64,000 bases of DNA from Candidatus Eiseniibacteriota bacterium (GTDB taxonomy: Bacteria > Eisenbacteria > RBG-16-71-46). Positions within the stretch are counted from its first letter, which is position 1. Every line of letters begins with the position of its first letter. A program made the position numbers and the translations under genes. The notes beneath the pieces were generated by a model that had not been told where the DNA came from, did no database searches, and saw only the letters and a program-made list of their open reading frames with translations. The DNA is taken from contig JBGAOA010000002.1 of the NCBI GenBank assembly GCA_044222065.1, positions 1 through 64,000 of the forward strand, in the 5' to 3' direction. This document shows, piece after piece, positions 28,463 through 38,875 of this stretch.

Positions 28463-29001
28463 CGATGCCGATGCTCTGCCAGATCTGCGGCAAGAACCCG
28501 GGGACGGTGCACATCACCGAGATCCAGGACAACCGCATGACCGAGATCCACCTGTGCGAACACTGCGCGCAAGAGAAGGGCGTGCCGTCGGTCTCGCAGA
28601 AGCCGAAGTTCGAACTCGGCGACCTCGTCGCGGGCATGGTGGACGACGTCACGCGCAGCGAGTCCGAGCGCGTCGGACAGGTGCAGTGCCCGCGCTGCGG
28701 CATGCACTACTCGGCGTTCAAGGAGACGGGCCGGCTCGGGTGCGCCGAGTGCTACACCGCGTTCCAGTTCCAGCTCCGACCGCTCCTGCGGCGGCTGCAC
28801 GGCGACACGCGCCACAAGGGCAAGGTGCCGATCCGCGATGGCGAGGGCGCCGCGCGATCGCGCCAGCTCCAGCGCTTGCACGACGAGATGCAGCGCGCGG
28901 TCGAGCGCGAGGAGTTCGAGCGCGCCGCCGGACTGCGCGACGAGATCAAGAAGCTCGAGGCCGAAGTCGCGGCCGCGCGCACGAGCGAGGGGCGGACGTG
29001 A
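28459..29001 (+). CDS. mcsA: McsA (CxxC motifs plus UVR domain), arginine kinase activator
   Basis: CQIC, HLCEHC, CPRC, LGCAECY, HKGKVP, EEFERAAGLRDEI. Confidence 0.93.
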   Translation: MTMPMLCQICGKNPGTVHITEIQDNRMTEIHLCEHCAQEKGVPSVSQKPKFELGDLVAGMVDDVTRSESERVGQVQCPRCGMHYSAFKETGRLGCAECYTAFQFQLRPLLRRLHGDTRHKGKVPIRDGEGAARSRQLQRLHDEMQRAVEREEFERAAGLRDEIKKLEAEVAAARTSEGRT

Positions 29002-30086
29002 GCGGCGCGCCTTCGTCGTTCGACGACCTGCTGTCGCGTCCGAGCCCGTGGCTCGGCGGCGACGGGCCGCACTCGGACCTCGTGCTCTCCACGCGCGTGC
29101 GGCTCGCCCGCAACCTGCGCGGCGTGCCGTTCACGCACCGCGCGCGCGAGGAGCAGCTGCTCGGCGTGCTTTCGGGCGTGTCCTCGGCGGCGTTGCGCTC
29201 GCCGCGCTTCCGCGACGCGCTCGTGCTGCGCATGAGCGATCTCTCGCCGGTCGAACGCCAGGTGCTCGTCGAGCGCCACCTCGTCTCGCACGAACTGTCG
29301 GACGCGACGCGGCCGCGCGGGCTCGTCGTCGCGACCGACGCGCGGCTGTCGATCATGATCAACGAGGAGGACCACCTGCGACTGCAGGCGCTCGCGCCGG
29401 GCTTCCAGATGGCCGAGGTCTGGGCGCTCGCTGACGAGGCGGACGACGATCTCACGACCATGCTCGACTTCGCGTTCACGGACGAAATCGGCTTCCTGAC
29501 GTCGTGCCCGACGAACGCCGGAACCGGACTGCGCGCCTCGGTGCTGATGCACCTGCCGGCGCTCGTGCTCATCGACGAGATGAAGCGCGTCATCAAGAGC
29601 ATCGACCAGGTCGGGCTGAGCTGCCGCGGGCTCTACGGGGAACACAGCAAGGTGATGGGCAACCTGTTCCAGATCTCAAACCAGACGACGCTCGGGACGA
29701 GCGAGCGCGATTCGATCGAATCGGTCGAGCGCGTCGCGCGCCACATCATCGAGAGCGAGGAGCAGGCGCGCGACCGGCTGCTGCGCGACGCGCGGCTCCA
29801 GATCGAGGACAAGGTCTGGCAGGCGTACGGGCTGCTGCGCTACTGCCGGCTGATCGAGACCGAGAAGCTCATCGAGCTGTGCTCGGCGGTCCGGTTCGGC
29901 ATCGCGCTCGGGTTCTCGGGGCTGCCGCCGCTGAGCGTCGTGGACGAGGTCATCATCCTCGCGCAGCCTGCGCACCTGCAGCGCCTCGCGGGGGAGCCGC
30001 TCGGGGCGGAGGAACGCAACGTGACGCGCGCGCGGCTCGTGCGCGAGAAGCTGGCCGCGGCCGAGCGGTCGTCGGAGATCGGATAG
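28998..30086 (+). CDS. mcsB: Protein arginine kinase McsB
   Basis: STRVRLARNL, INEEDHLR, TSCPTNAGTGLRASVLMHLP, FQISNQTTLG. Confidence 0.95.
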   Translation: MSGAPSSFDDLLSRPSPWLGGDGPHSDLVLSTRVRLARNLRGVPFTHRAREEQLLGVLSGVSSAALRSPRFRDALVLRMSDLSPVERQVLVERHLVSHELSDATRPRGLVVATDARLSIMINEEDHLRLQALAPGFQMAEVWALADEADDDLTTMLDFAFTDEIGFLTSCPTNAGTGLRASVLMHLPALVLIDEMKRVIKSIDQVGLSCRGLYGEHSKVMGNLFQISNQTTLGTSERDSIESVERVARHIIESEEQARDRLLRDARLQIEDKVWQAYGLLRYCRLIETEKLIELCSAVRFGIALGFSGLPPLSVVDEVIILAQPAHLQRLAGEPLGAEERNVTRARLVREKLAAAERSSEIG

Positions 30087-30217
30087 TGTCGAGTGAACGC
30101 GGGGCCGGAAGGCCCTGAACCGGACGCGTGAGCCGGACGCCCGGCCGTAACCGGGCGGACGGAACACGCGAACAACCGGCGGGTGGTGCCGAGCCCGCGT
30201 GATCAGGAAGGGACGCC

Positions 30218-32707
30218 ATGCACGACAAATTCACCGAACGGGTCCGCAAAGTCATCTACCTCGCCCGCGAGGAAGCGGCGCGCCTCCAGCACGACTACAT
30301 CGGCACCGAGCACCTGCTGCTCGGCGTCATTCGAGAGGGCGAAGGCATCGCCGCGACGGTGCTGAACAACCTCGGCCTGGACCTCGACCGCATCCGCCAG
30401 GAAGTCGAGAACATGGTGAGTGCCTCCGGCGGCACGATGACGATCGGCGAGATCCCGTTCACGCCGCGCGCGAAGCGCGTGCTCGAGCTCGCGGTCGAAG
30501 AGGCGCGCTCGCTCGGCCACAACTACGTCGGCACCGAGCACCTGCTGCTCGGACTGATCCGCGAGGGCGAGGGGGTCGCCGCGAAGGTGCTGCTCGAGCT
30601 GGGCGTGGACCGCAAGCGCGTGCGCGAGGAGACGCTCAAGCTGCTCGGCGGCACGCCGTCCTCGAGCAGCTCGAGCGGCGAGCGCGAGGAGCGCCCCGAG
30701 ACGCCGGCCCTGAATCAGTTCGGACGCGACCTCACGCAGCTCGCGCGCGACGGCAAGCTCGACCCGGTCATCGGGCGCGAGAAGGAGATCGAGCGCGTCA
30801 TCCAGGTGCTGTCGCGCCGCAAGAAGAACAACCCCGTGCTGATCGGCGAGCCCGGCGTCGGCAAGACCGCGATCGCGGAAGGCCTCGCGCAGCGCATCGT
30901 CACGGGCCAGGTGCCCGAGAGTCTCAAGAACAAGCGCATCGTGACGCTCGATCTCGCGGCCGTCGTCGCGGGCACGAAGTACCGCGGCCAGTTCGAGGAG
31001 CGGCTCAAGACCGTGATGAACGAAATCCGGGAGTCCAAGGACACCGTGATCTTCATCGACGAGCTGCACACGATCGTCGGCGCCGGCGGCGCCGAGGGCG
31101 CGATCGACGCCTCGAACATGCTCAAGCCGGCGCTCGCGCGCGGCGAGCTGCAGTGCATCGGCGCGACGACGCTGGACGAGTACCGCAAGTACATCGAGAA
31201 GGACGGGGCGCTCGAGCGCCGCTTCCAGCCCGTGATGGTGGACCAGCCGAGCATCTCGGACACGATCCAGATCCTCATGGGACTGCGCGACAAGTACGAG
31301 GCGCACCACGGGGTGAAGATCACCGACTCCGCCGTCGAGCAGGCGGTGAAGCTCTCGGACCGCTACATGACCGACCGCTTCTTCCCGGACAAGGCGATCG
31401 ACGTGATCGACGAGGCGTGTGCGCGCGCACGCCTGTCGGTGAGCACCGTGCCGTCCGAGATCCACGAACTCGAAAAGAAGCTCGAGGAAGTCGTGAAGGA
31501 GAAGGAGGCGGCGATCCGCGGGCAGGAGTACGAGAAGGCGGCGCGACTGCGCGACCGCGAGAAGGAGCTGCGCGCACGCCGCAACGAACTCAAGAAGTCG
31601 TGGAGCGAGTCCACGCGCGGCAAGGACGTGCAGGTGGACGACGACCTGATCGCCGCCGTGCTCTCGACCATGACGGGGATCCCCGTCGTGAAGCTGGCGG
31701 AGGAGGAGACCCAGAAGCTGCTGCGCATGGAGGACGGACTGCGCGGCCGCGTGGTGGGGCAGGACGAGGCCGTCGCCGCCGTCTCTCGCGCCGTGCGCCG
31801 CAACCGGGTCGGCCTTCGCGACCCCAAACGTCCGATCGGCTCGTTCATCTTCCTCGGGCCCACGGGCGTCGGAAAGACCGAGCTGGCGCGCGCGCTGGCC
31901 GAGTTCCTGTTCGACGACGAGGACGCCCTGATCCGCATCGACATGTCCGAGTACATGGAGAAGTTCTCGGTTTCGCGACTCGTGGGAGCGCCCCCGGGGT
32001 ATGTGGGGTACGAGGAGGGCGGGCAGCTCACCGAGAAGGTCCGTCGCAAGCCCTATTCGGTCGTGCTCCTCGACGAGATTGAAAAAGCGCACCCGGATGT
32101 GTTCAATGTGCTGCTTCAGGTGCTGGACGACGGCGTCCTCACCGACAGTTCGCGCCGCCGCGTGGACTTCAAGAACACCGTCATCATCATGACGTCCAAT
32201 TTGGGCGGACGTCAGATCGTGAGCGGCGGACGCAACCTGGGATTCAAACAGGCGGACGGCTCCGCCCAGCAATTCCAGGCCATCAAGAGCACGGTTCAGG
32301 ACGAACTCAAGCGGGCGTTCAATCCCGAGTTCCTGAACCGGATCGACGACGTCATCGTGTTCCACGCGCTCACGCGCGACAACATGCGCGACATCGTCGG
32401 AATCCTGCTCGGACAGGTCAAGGAGCGACTGAGTGCCCAAGAAATCACCCTCGACATCTCTGCCGAGGCCGTGGAACTGCTCATCGAGCGCGGATTCGAT
32501 CCGTCGCTCGGAGCGCGACCGCTCAAGCGGGCGATCCAGCGGCTGCTGGAAGATCCGCTTTCCGAGTTCATCCTTCGAGGCCAGCTCAAGGGCGGGGGCG
32601 CGATCCACGTCTCCCGTGACAACGAAGGCCTGCACTTCGAACCGGCCGCTGCCGGCAGCGCCGCCCCGGCCGCCGAGGCTCCGGAGGCTCCCGCGACTCG
32701 CGGCTAG
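30218..32707 (+). CDS. clpC: ATP-dependent Clp protease ATP-binding subunit ClpC
   Basis: Two Clp_N repeats (GTEHLLLG), [11 protein letters not shown] motif [26 protein letters not shown]. Confidence 0.97.
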   Translation: MHDKFTERVRKVIYLAREEAARLQHDYIGTEHLLLGVIREGEGIAATVLNNLGLDLDRIRQEVENMVSASGGTMTIGEIPFTPRAKRVLELAVEEARSLGHNYVGTEHLLLGLIREGEGVAAKVLLELGVDRKRVREETLKLLGGTPSSSSSSGEREERPETPALNQFGRDLTQLARDGKLDPVIGREKEIERVIQVLSRRKKNNPVLIGEPGVGKTAIAEGLAQRIVTGQVPESLKNKRIVTLDLAAVVAGTKYRGQFEERLKTVMNEIRESKDTVIFIDELHTIVGAGGAEGAIDASNMLKPALARGELQCIGATTLDEYRKYIEKDGALERRFQPVMVDQPSISDTIQILMGLRDKYEAHHGVKITDSAVEQAVKLSDRYMTDRFFPDKAIDVIDEACARARLSVSTVPSEIHELEKKLEEVVKEKEAAIRGQEYEKAARLRDREKELRARRNELKKSWSESTRGKDVQVDDDLIAAVLSTMTGIPVVKLAEEETQKLLRMEDGLRGRVVGQDEAVAAVSRAVRRNRVGLRDPKRPIGSFIFLGPTGVGKTELARALAEFLFDDEDALIRIDMSEYMEKFSVSRLVGAPPGYVGYEEGGQLTEKVRRKPYSVVLLDEIEKAHPDVFNVLLQVLDDGVLTDSSRRRVDFKNTVIIMTSNLGGRQIVSGGRNLGFKQADGSAQQFQAIKSTVQDELKRAFNPEFLNRIDDVIVFHALTRDNMRDIVGILLGQVKERLSAQEITLDISAEAVELLIERGFDPSLGARPLKRAIQRLLEDPLSEFILRGQLKGGGAIHVSRDNEGLHFEPAAAGSAAPAAEAPEAPATRG

Positions 32708-35090
32708 CGCCGCGTTCCTCGCCCTGCTGTCGTTCACGACGCCGGCGGCGGCCCAGCCGCCGGCGTCCGCGTCTTCGGACACGCTGCGCGTCCCGACGAT
32801 CGAGGTGCCCTCGATCGTGCGCGTGGGCCGCGTCTCGGTGCGCGGCAATTCCTACACGGACAGCGCGCGAGTCCTGCGCACGTTCGAGATCCCGTCGGGA
32901 AGCGAGTACACCGACGAGGCGGTGCGCCGCGGCATCCGGAAGCTCTACGCGCTGGGCTTGTTCGACGACATCCACGTCGAACAGGTGGACCGCGGGGACG
33001 GCGTTCGCGACCTCGTCGTGCACGTGAAGGAGCGCCCGCGCATCGCGAAGATCGAGTTCGCGGGCAACCAGAAGCGCGAGACGAGCGAGCTCGAGAAGAA
33101 ACTGTTCCTGCGCGCGGGCGAGACGTACAGCGCGACGTCGGTCTCGAGCCAGGTCGACTCGCTGCTCCAGTACTACCGTGACGAAGGCTTCGCGCAGGCG
33201 CAGATCGAGGCCGTGCGCGACACGACCGACGGCGGCATCGCGATCCGCTTCCAGGTCGCCGAGGGCCAGAAGGTCCGCATCGAGCGCGTCGAGTTCACGG
33301 GCGCGACGGCGTTCCCCGACGCGAAGCTGCGCAAGAAGATGAAGACGAAGGCGCACGGCTTCCTCGGCGGCGGCGAGATCAAGAGCGAGAACGAGACCGA
33401 GGACCGCGAGAAGCTCGAGATGTGGTACCGGAGCCGCGGCTACCGCGACATGCGTTACGTCGGGCAGACGCTCAAGCCCGGTTCGCGGCCCGACCGGCTC
33501 GTGCTGTCCGTCGAGGTGGATGAGGGCCCGCGCTACCGGCTCGGCGACGTGCGGTGGGAGGGCAACAAGATCGTGTCCTCCGCCGACCTGCAGAAGATGT
33601 GGCCGAAGGCGAAAAACGACCTCTACGACCTGTCGCGGATCGAGAAGGCGCAGGGACTCGCGTACGCCGAGTACGCCGAGCGCGGCTACCTCTACCTGTC
33701 GGTCGAGCCGCGCGAGACGGTGCGCGATTCCGTCGTGGACCTGACCTACGCCATCACCGAAGGGCAGCCCTCGCACGTCCGCTTCATCGAGATCAAGGGC
33801 AACAAGGGCACGCGCGAGAAGGTGATCCGGCGCGAGATCGCGATCCACGAAGGCGACCTGTTCCGTCGTTCGGCGCTGATGCGCTCGCGCGACGACATCA
33901 TGCGGCTCGGCATCTTCGAAGAAGCGATGCCCGACTTCACGCCGGCCGACAGCACCGACGTGGACCTCGTGTTCAAGATCAAGGAGAAGCAGGTCGGCAC
34001 CGCATCGGCGGGCGCGGGGTACACGGAGCAGGCGGGACTCACGGGCTTCCTCGATCTCGGGCACAACAACGTGCTCGGGAACGGGCAGGCGCTGCAGCTC
34101 CATCTCGAGCGCGGCTCGAAGCGCGAGGACTACTCGCTGAGCTTCACGGAGCCGTGGTTCCGCGACACGCCGACGCTGCTCGGCTTCTCGCTGTTCAACA
34201 GCCAGCGCGATCTCGACCTGTACGAAGAGAAGCGCGTCGGCGCCTCCGGACGCATCGGACGGCCGCTGCCCTGGCCCGACTACTCGCGCGGTTCGATCTC
34301 GTACCGCATCGAGGACGTGACGATCACGTCGCTCGGGGCGACGCTCAGCGCGGCGGATTCCGCCGTGCTCGCCGGCGTGCGCGTCGGCGACGCGGTCCGG
34401 ACGAGCAGCCTCGAGATCAACTTCCTGCGCAACTCGACGGACAATCCGTTCTATCCGACGAAGGGCACGCGCCTCACCTGGAACACCGAACTCGCGGGCG
34501 GTCCGTTCGGCGGCTCGGTCAACTTCCACAAGCACCGCGTCGAGGGCCGCATCTACCTGCCGTCGGTGCGCAAGAGCCTCACGACGATGATCCGCGCGCG
34601 CTTCGGAATGGTGGGGGAGTACGCCGACCAGAACCGCTCCGTGCCGCCCTACGAGCGCTTCCGGCTCGGCGGCGGCACGACCGTGGATCCGCTGCGCGGC
34701 TACGACGACTACCAGGTGGTCCCGAGCAAGTACATCCGCGACGTCGTCGTCGGCTACGACACGACCTCGACCGGCCCCGACAGCGGCAAAGTGACGCCGC
34801 TCACGGTGAAGGTGCGCTACCCGGGCGGACGGTTCCTCTCGCTGCTCACGATCGAGCAGCAGTTTCCGATTGTTCATCCGCTCCACGGTGTGCTTTTCTT
34901 CGACGCTGGTAACACGTGGGACCGGTGGGGCGAGATCCGGCCCTTCGATCTGCGCAAGAGCGTCGGCGCCGGCCTGCGCATGGAGATTCCGCTGCTCGGC
35001 AACATCGGCTTCGATTACGGCTACGGCTTCGATCGAGACGACGGACCCAAAGCGATGGGGCACTTCCTCATCGGAAACGTGAGTTTCTAG
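32616..35090 (+). CDS. bamA: Outer-membrane protein assembly factor BamA (start uncertain, overlaps the clpC 3' end)
   Basis: Signal peptide [24 protein letters not shown] repeats (IEFAGN, IEIKGNKGTREKVIRRE), FTEPWF, PLRGY, FFDAGN, terminal Phe. Confidence 0.93.
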   Translation: MTTKACTSNRPLPAAPPRPPRLRRLPRLAASAAFLALLSFTTPAAAQPPASASSDTLRVPTIEVPSIVRVGRVSVRGNSYTDSARVLRTFEIPSGSEYTDEAVRRGIRKLYALGLFDDIHVEQVDRGDGVRDLVVHVKERPRIAKIEFAGNQKRETSELEKKLFLRAGETYSATSVSSQVDSLLQYYRDEGFAQAQIEAVRDTTDGGIAIRFQVAEGQKVRIERVEFTGATAFPDAKLRKKMKTKAHGFLGGGEIKSENETEDREKLEMWYRSRGYRDMRYVGQTLKPGSRPDRLVLSVEVDEGPRYRLGDVRWEGNKIVSSADLQKMWPKAKNDLYDLSRIEKAQGLAYAEYAERGYLYLSVEPRETVRDSVVDLTYAITEGQPSHVRFIEIKGNKGTREKVIRREIAIHEGDLFRRSALMRSRDDIMRLGIFEEAMPDFTPADSTDVDLVFKIKEKQVGTASAGAGYTEQAGLTGFLDLGHNNVLGNGQALQLHLERGSKREDYSLSFTEPWFRDTPTLLGFSLFNSQRDLDLYEEKRVGASGRIGRPLPWPDYSRGSISYRIEDVTITSLGATLSAADSAVLAGVRVGDAVRTSSLEINFLRNSTDNPFYPTKGTRLTWNTELAGGPFGGSVNFHKHRVEGRIYLPSVRKSLTTMIRARFGMVGEYADQNRSVPPYERFRLGGGTTVDPLRGYDDYQVVPSKYIRDVVVGYDTTSTGPDSGKVTPLTVKVRYPGGRFLSLLTIEQQFPIVHPLHGVLFFDAGNTWDRWGEIRPFDLRKSVGAGLRMEIPLLGNIGFDYGYGFDRDDGPKAMGHFLIGNVSF

Positions 35091-35092
35091 CC

Positions 35093-35653
35093 ATGTTCCC
35101 CTCGACGCATCGCCGGGCACGCTTCGCCCCGCTCGCCGTGCTCGCGCTCGCGCTCGCGGTCGCTCCGGCGAGCGCGCTGGATGCGAAGCTCGGCTACGTG
35201 GACTCCGCGCGCATCTTCCAGGAGTTCAAGCTCGCGCAGGAGGCGCAGCAGCAGTTCGACCGCCAGGTGCAGAGCTGGCGCGCCGAGTCCGGCGAGAAGG
35301 AGAAGCTCGTCACGCAGTTGCGCACCGAGATGCGCGACCAGGGCCCCATGCTGTCCGCCGCGCGGCGCCAGGAGAAGGAAGAGGCGCTGCAGCGCGCGAT
35401 CAGCGATTACGAGCGGTTCGTCCAGGACATCTGGGGACCGCAGGGGCGCGCGGTTCAGGAGAACGAGCGCGCGACCGCCGAAGTCGTTTCGCAGATCCGC
35501 GGCGCGGTCGAGAAGGTCGCGAGCGACAAGGGGCTCGACCTCGTGCTCGACGCCGCCGGCGGCTACCTCGTGTACGCGAGCAAGACGCTCGACCTCACGG
35601 ACGACGTCCTCACCGAACTCGTCAATCGCACGCAGTCCTCCACGCCGCACTAG
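35093..35653 (+). CDS. skp: OmpH/Skp periplasmic chaperone
   Basis: Signal peptide, KLGYVD, coiled-coil body, DLVLD..DLTDDVL; located between bamA and lpxD. Confidence 0.9.
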   Translation: MFPSTHRRARFAPLAVLALALAVAPASALDAKLGYVDSARIFQEFKLAQEAQQQFDRQVQSWRAESGEKEKLVTQLRTEMRDQGPMLSAARRQEKEEALQRAISDYERFVQDIWGPQGRAVQENERATAEVVSQIRGAVEKVASDKGLDLVLDAAGGYLVYASKTLDLTDDVLTELVNRTQSSTPH

Positions 35654-35721
35654 GACGGCGCCGGCGGCGCGGCGCGATCGGTTCCGCGGCGCCGGAGGCA
35701 GGCAGGGAAGGCGGTGACGTC

Positions 35722-36768
35722 ATGATCAGGACTCTCGGCGAGCTGGCCGCCGAACTCGGCGGCGTCGTGGTGGGCGATCCCGACGTTCGCATCAAGGGAG
35801 TCGCGGGAATCCGCGAGGCGCTGCCCGGCGACATCACGTTCCTCGCGAACGCGCGCTATCGCGCGTACCTGTCCGAGACGGCCGCATCGGCGGTGCTCGT
35901 CGGCCGCGACGAGACGAGCGCGCCCGTCGCGCTCGTGCAGGTGGACAATCCCTACCTCGCGTTCCAGCGCGTCGTCCGCATCTTCCGGCCGGACCCGTAC
36001 CGTCCGGAGCCGGGCGTGCATCCGACCGCCGTCGTGCATCCCGAGGCGACGCTCGGCGAGGGCGTCTCGATCGGTCCGTGGTGCGTGATCGAGCGCGGCG
36101 CGCGCGTCGGCGACCGCACGGTGATCATGGCGCACGGGTACGTCGGCGCGCTCGCGTCGGTCGGCGACGACGGACTCCTGTATCCGAACGTGGTCGTGCG
36201 CGAGGAGTGCGTGCTCGGCGCGCGCGCGATCCTGCACAGCGGCGTCGTGATCGGGAGCGACGGGTTCGGCTTCGCGCTCGACCACGGGCGCTACCACAAG
36301 GTGCCGCAGGTCGGGAACGTGATCGTCGGCGACGACGTCGAGATCGGCGCGAACACGACCGTGGATCGCGCGACGACCGACGCGACGCGCATCGGCGACG
36401 GCACGAAGATCGACAACCTCGTCCAGATCGGCCACAACGTCGTGATCGGCAAGCACTGCATCGTCGTCGCGCAGGTGGGCATCTCGGGCAGCACGCACCT
36501 CGAGGATTTCGTGACGCTCGGCGGCCAGGCGGGCCTCGTCGGGCACATCCGCGTCGGCACGCGCGCGATGGTCGGCGCGAAGACGGGCGTCAGCAAGTCC
36601 GTCGGCGCGGGCCAGGTCGTCGCCGGCTACCCGGCACTGCCGCACAACATCTGGAAGCGCGCGCAGGCGTACATCTCGAAACTGCCCCAGCTCTTCCAGC
36701 GCACGAAGTCGCTCGAGGAGCGGCTCGAGAAGCTCGAATCGCAGCGTGAACGGGAGGAAGTTCGGTGA
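35722..36768 (+). CDS. lpxD: UDP-3-O-acylglucosamine N-acyltransferase
   Basis: ITFLAN, NPYLAF, hexapeptide repeats, GSDGFGF, KIDNLVQIGHNV. Confidence 0.96.
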   Translation: MIRTLGELAAELGGVVVGDPDVRIKGVAGIREALPGDITFLANARYRAYLSETAASAVLVGRDETSAPVALVQVDNPYLAFQRVVRIFRPDPYRPEPGVHPTAVVHPEATLGEGVSIGPWCVIERGARVGDRTVIMAHGYVGALASVGDDGLLYPNVVVREECVLGARAILHSGVVIGSDGFGFALDHGRYHKVPQVGNVIVGDDVEIGANTTVDRATTDATRIGDGTKIDNLVQIGHNVVIGKHCIVVAQVGISGSTHLEDFVTLGGQAGLVGHIRVGTRAMVGAKTGVSKSVGAGQVVAGYPALPHNIWKRAQAYISKLPQLFQRTKSLEERLEKLESQREREEVR

Positions 36769-38090
36769 TCGGTCGTCGTCAGAGGACGCTGTCCCGCGCG
36801 GCGGGTTTCGAAGGCGTGGGCCTCCACACGGGGGAGATCGGCACGGTGACGTTCCGGCCCGCCGAGCCCGGCACGGGCGTGCGCTTCGTGCGCACCGACC
36901 TGCCCGGGCGTCCCGAGGTGAAGGTGCGTCCCGAGAACGCGCACTTCGATCCGCGCGCCGGCCGCCGCACGATCCTCCAGGAGGGCGGCGTCCAGATCCA
37001 CACGATGGAGCACCTGCTCGCCGCGGTCGCGGGCCTCGGCATCGACAACCTGATCGTCGAGACGAGCACGATGGAGATCGCGGAGCCGGCCGACGGCAGC
37101 GCGCTGCAGATCGCGCGCGTGCTCAAGGAAGGCGGCATCGTCGAGCAGGACCGTCCGAAGCGTCACTACAAGATCGCGAAGCCGACGACGTGGAGCGAGG
37201 GCAACGTCTCGCTCACGGCCGTGCCGTACGCGGGCTTCCGCATCACGTTCACGATCGCCTACGACCACAAGCTCGTCGGGACGCAGACGGTGTCGTTCGA
37301 CATCAACGAAGACACGTTCATGAACGAGATCGCCGGCGCGCGCACGTTCGTGCTCGAGCGCGACCTCGAACTGCTGCGGCAGGCCGGCTGGATCAAGGGC
37401 GGCCGGCTCGAGAGCGCCGTCGTCGTCGGCGACGACGAGCTGCGCAACCCGGACCCGCTCCGCTGGCCGGACGAGTTCGCGCGCCACAAGGTGCTCGACC
37501 TGCTCGGCGACCTGTCGCTGCTCGGCGGTCCGCTGCTCGGCCACATCAGCGCGGTCCGCGCCGGCCACCAGAGCCACGTCGCGTTCGTGAAGCACCTGCG
37601 CGAGACGCAGCCGTTCCCGGGCCGCCGCCTCGGCGGGCCGCCCGAAGAGTGGGACATCACGGCGGTCATGGACATCATGCCGCACCGCTATCCGCTGCTG
37701 CTCGTGGACCGCATCACGAACATCGAGGAAGGCCACCGCATCGAGGGCTACAAGAACGTCACGATCAACGAGCCGTTCTTCGTCGGGCACTTCCCGGGAC
37801 ACCCGATCATGCCGGCGGTGCTGATCGTCGAAGCGATGGCGCAGGTCGGCGGACTGCTGCTGCTCAACTCCGTGGACGATCCGAACGACAAGCTGATGTA
37901 CTTCATGGGCATCGACGCCGCGAAGTTCCGCCGCCCGGTCGTTCCGGGCGACCAGCTGCGCTTCGTGCTGACGCTGCTCAAGCACAAGGGCCGGACGAGC
38001 AAGATGCGCGGCGAGGCGTACGTGGACGGCCAGCTCGTCGCCGAGGCCGAACTGCTCGCGACGGTGGTGGACCGGCGGGGGCAGGCGTGA
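36765..38090 (+). CDS. lpxC-fabZ: Bifunctional LpxC deacetylase / FabZ dehydratase
   Basis: GVGLHTG, TMEHLLA, ARTF, RHKVLDLLGDL, followed by MPHRYPLLLVDRI and GHFPGHPIMPAVLIVEAMAQ. Confidence 0.95.
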   Translation: MIGRRQRTLSRAAGFEGVGLHTGEIGTVTFRPAEPGTGVRFVRTDLPGRPEVKVRPENAHFDPRAGRRTILQEGGVQIHTMEHLLAAVAGLGIDNLIVETSTMEIAEPADGSALQIARVLKEGGIVEQDRPKRHYKIAKPTTWSEGNVSLTAVPYAGFRITFTIAYDHKLVGTQTVSFDINEDTFMNEIAGARTFVLERDLELLRQAGWIKGGRLESAVVVGDDELRNPDPLRWPDEFARHKVLDLLGDLSLLGGPLLGHISAVRAGHQSHVAFVKHLRETQPFPGRRLGGPPEEWDITAVMDIMPHRYPLLLVDRITNIEEGHRIEGYKNVTINEPFFVGHFPGHPIMPAVLIVEAMAQVGGLLLLNSVDDPNDKLMYFMGIDAAKFRRPVVPGDQLRFVLTLLKHKGRTSKMRGEAYVDGQLVAEAELLATVVDRRGQA

Positions 38091-38866
38091 GCGCGACGCT
38101 CGTGCACCCGGGCGCGTTCGTGGACGAGCGCGCGCGGCTCGGGCTGCGCGTCACGATCGGGCCCGGCGCCGTCATCGGACCGGACGTCGAGATCGGCGAC
38201 GGCACGTCGGTCGGCAGCCACGCGCTCGTCACGGGCTGGACGAAGGTCGGCCGCGACTGCCGGCTGCACCACGGCGCCGTCGTCGGCAGTCCGCCGCAGG
38301 ACCTCAAGTACTCGGGCGAGCCGTCGCACCTCGAAGTCGGCGACCGCACCGAGATCCGCGAGTACGCGACGCTCAACCTCGCGACCGAGCCGGGCGCGAC
38401 GACGCGCGTCGGCAGCGACTGCCTGCTCATGGCGTACTCGCACGTCGCCCACAACTGTCAGGTCGGCGACCACGTGATCCTCGCGAACGCGGTGCAGATG
38501 GCCGGCTACGTGCAGGTCGAGGACTGGGCGATCGTCGGGGGCGGCACCGTCGTGCACCAGTTCGCGCGCATCGGCGCGCACGCGATGATCGGCGGCGGGT
38601 CGCGCATCTCGCAGGACGTCGCACCGTTCATCAAGACCGCCGGCAGCCCGCCGCGGAACGCCGGCATCAACTCGATCGGTCTCGAACGCCGCGGTTTCTC
38701 GAAGGCCGCGATCGAAGCGCTCGAGCGCGCCTACCGGGCGCTGTTCCGCGAGGGTCTGGGCGCCGCAGACGCGTGCGCCCGGATGCGCGCGGACAGCCCG
38801 GACGTGCCCGAGGTCGAGCGCCTCGCGCGCTTCGTCGAGACCTCGGCTCGCGGCATCACCCGCTAG
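38087..38866 (+). CDS. lpxA: Acyl-ACP--UDP-N-acetylglucosamine O-acyltransferase
   Basis: PQDLKY, IREYAT, MAYSHVAHNC, VHQFARIG, INSIGLERRGF. Confidence 0.96.
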   Translation: MSATLVHPGAFVDERARLGLRVTIGPGAVIGPDVEIGDGTSVGSHALVTGWTKVGRDCRLHHGAVVGSPPQDLKYSGEPSHLEVGDRTEIREYATLNLATEPGATTRVGSDCLLMAYSHVAHNCQVGDHVILANAVQMAGYVQVEDWAIVGGGTVVHQFARIGAHAMIGGGSRISQDVAPFIKTAGSPPRNAGINSIGLERRGFSKAAIEALERAYRALFREGLGAADACARMRADSPDVPEVERLARFVETSARGITR

Positions 38867-38875
38867 GAGGTTCCC

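Noticed and set aside
30290..30575. Direct repeat TCGGCACCGAGCACCTGCTGCTCGG
   Set aside because: The two Clp_N repeats of ClpC.
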